A program made the translations under genes and the position numbers. The notes under the pieces were generated by a model that had not been told where the DNA came from, made no database searches, and saw only the letters and a program-made list of their open reading frames with translations. Source: a virus (Duplodnaviria; Caudoviricetes). From it: a stretch of 64,000 nt of DNA. Each line of letters starts with the position of its first letter. Position 1 is the first letter of the stretch. The stretch lies in IMG/VR virus record IMGVR_UViG_3300025073_000989. The stretch is one strand, 5' to 3'. Of this stretch, positions 63,687-64,000 are shown piece by piece.

Positions 63687-63774
63687 GTTTTTTTCCTTTT
63701 ATTTTTTGTAAAATATTGTATTTACATTAAAAACTTCTCTTAATTTGTTAAAGGTTAGTTTATTCAACCATCAT

Positions 63775-64000
63775 TTAGGCTATAGTTCTGTCTTGTAGCT
63801 TGTCCGCCACTTTTATAAGGTCACTTCTGTATGATATTTTTAAATCCACGTGGCATATTGATGGATCTGGTAATAAGTGCATTAGTTTTAGTAGTCCAGA
63901 TTCACTTGGTTTTACTGCGCTATATGTTTGTCTTAGATCTCCTAAAAGGATTAATTTTGATTCCTTATTGGCCCTGGATAATAACATTGATAACAAGTCA
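63775..64000 (-). CDS. phoH: PhoH-family protein, C-terminal part (5' end outside the window)
   Basis: MLLSRANKESKLILLGDLRQ...SGL...YRSDLI; frame open to the window edge. Confidence 0.8.
   Translation of the reverse strand, partial: DLLSMLLSRANKESKLILLGDLRQTYSAVKPSESGLLKLMHLLPDPSICHVDLKISYRSDLIKVADKLQDRTIA

Noticed and set aside
1-64000. Stop-codon reassignment
   Set aside because: Capsid, portal, terminase, ClpP and the translated parts of the giant ORF are full length in the standard code.

Overview
This AT-rich 64 kb window is the virion-morphogenesis region of a large tailed dsDNA phage, probably with a long non-contractile tail (no sheath gene seen). Every supported gene is on the minus strand; the plus-strand ORFs in the track are antisense shadows. 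In transcription order (right to left) it holds an accessory block (PhoH, a sensor-less hybrid histidine kinase, an HTH protein, ClpP, an actin-family ATPase, lysozyme, a cold-shock protein, DUF5664 and HD hydrolases), then terminase with an intein, portal, prohead protease, scaffold, major capsid, two free-standing endonucleases, neck and virion genes, a tail-tube gene split by a group I intron, and two paralogous tail chaperones. The window ends in one giant ORF (22081 to beyond base 1, at least 7,360 codons) that the ORF track omits, presumably because it runs off the edge. Manual translation of many, not all, segments shows a tape-measure protein that also carries the beta-like and beta'-like catalytic motifs of a two-barrel RNA polymerase and a RecB/Cas4-like nuclease domain. 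No tRNA, rRNA or CRISPR array was seen. Function calls are from motif recognition by eye; no searches were run.
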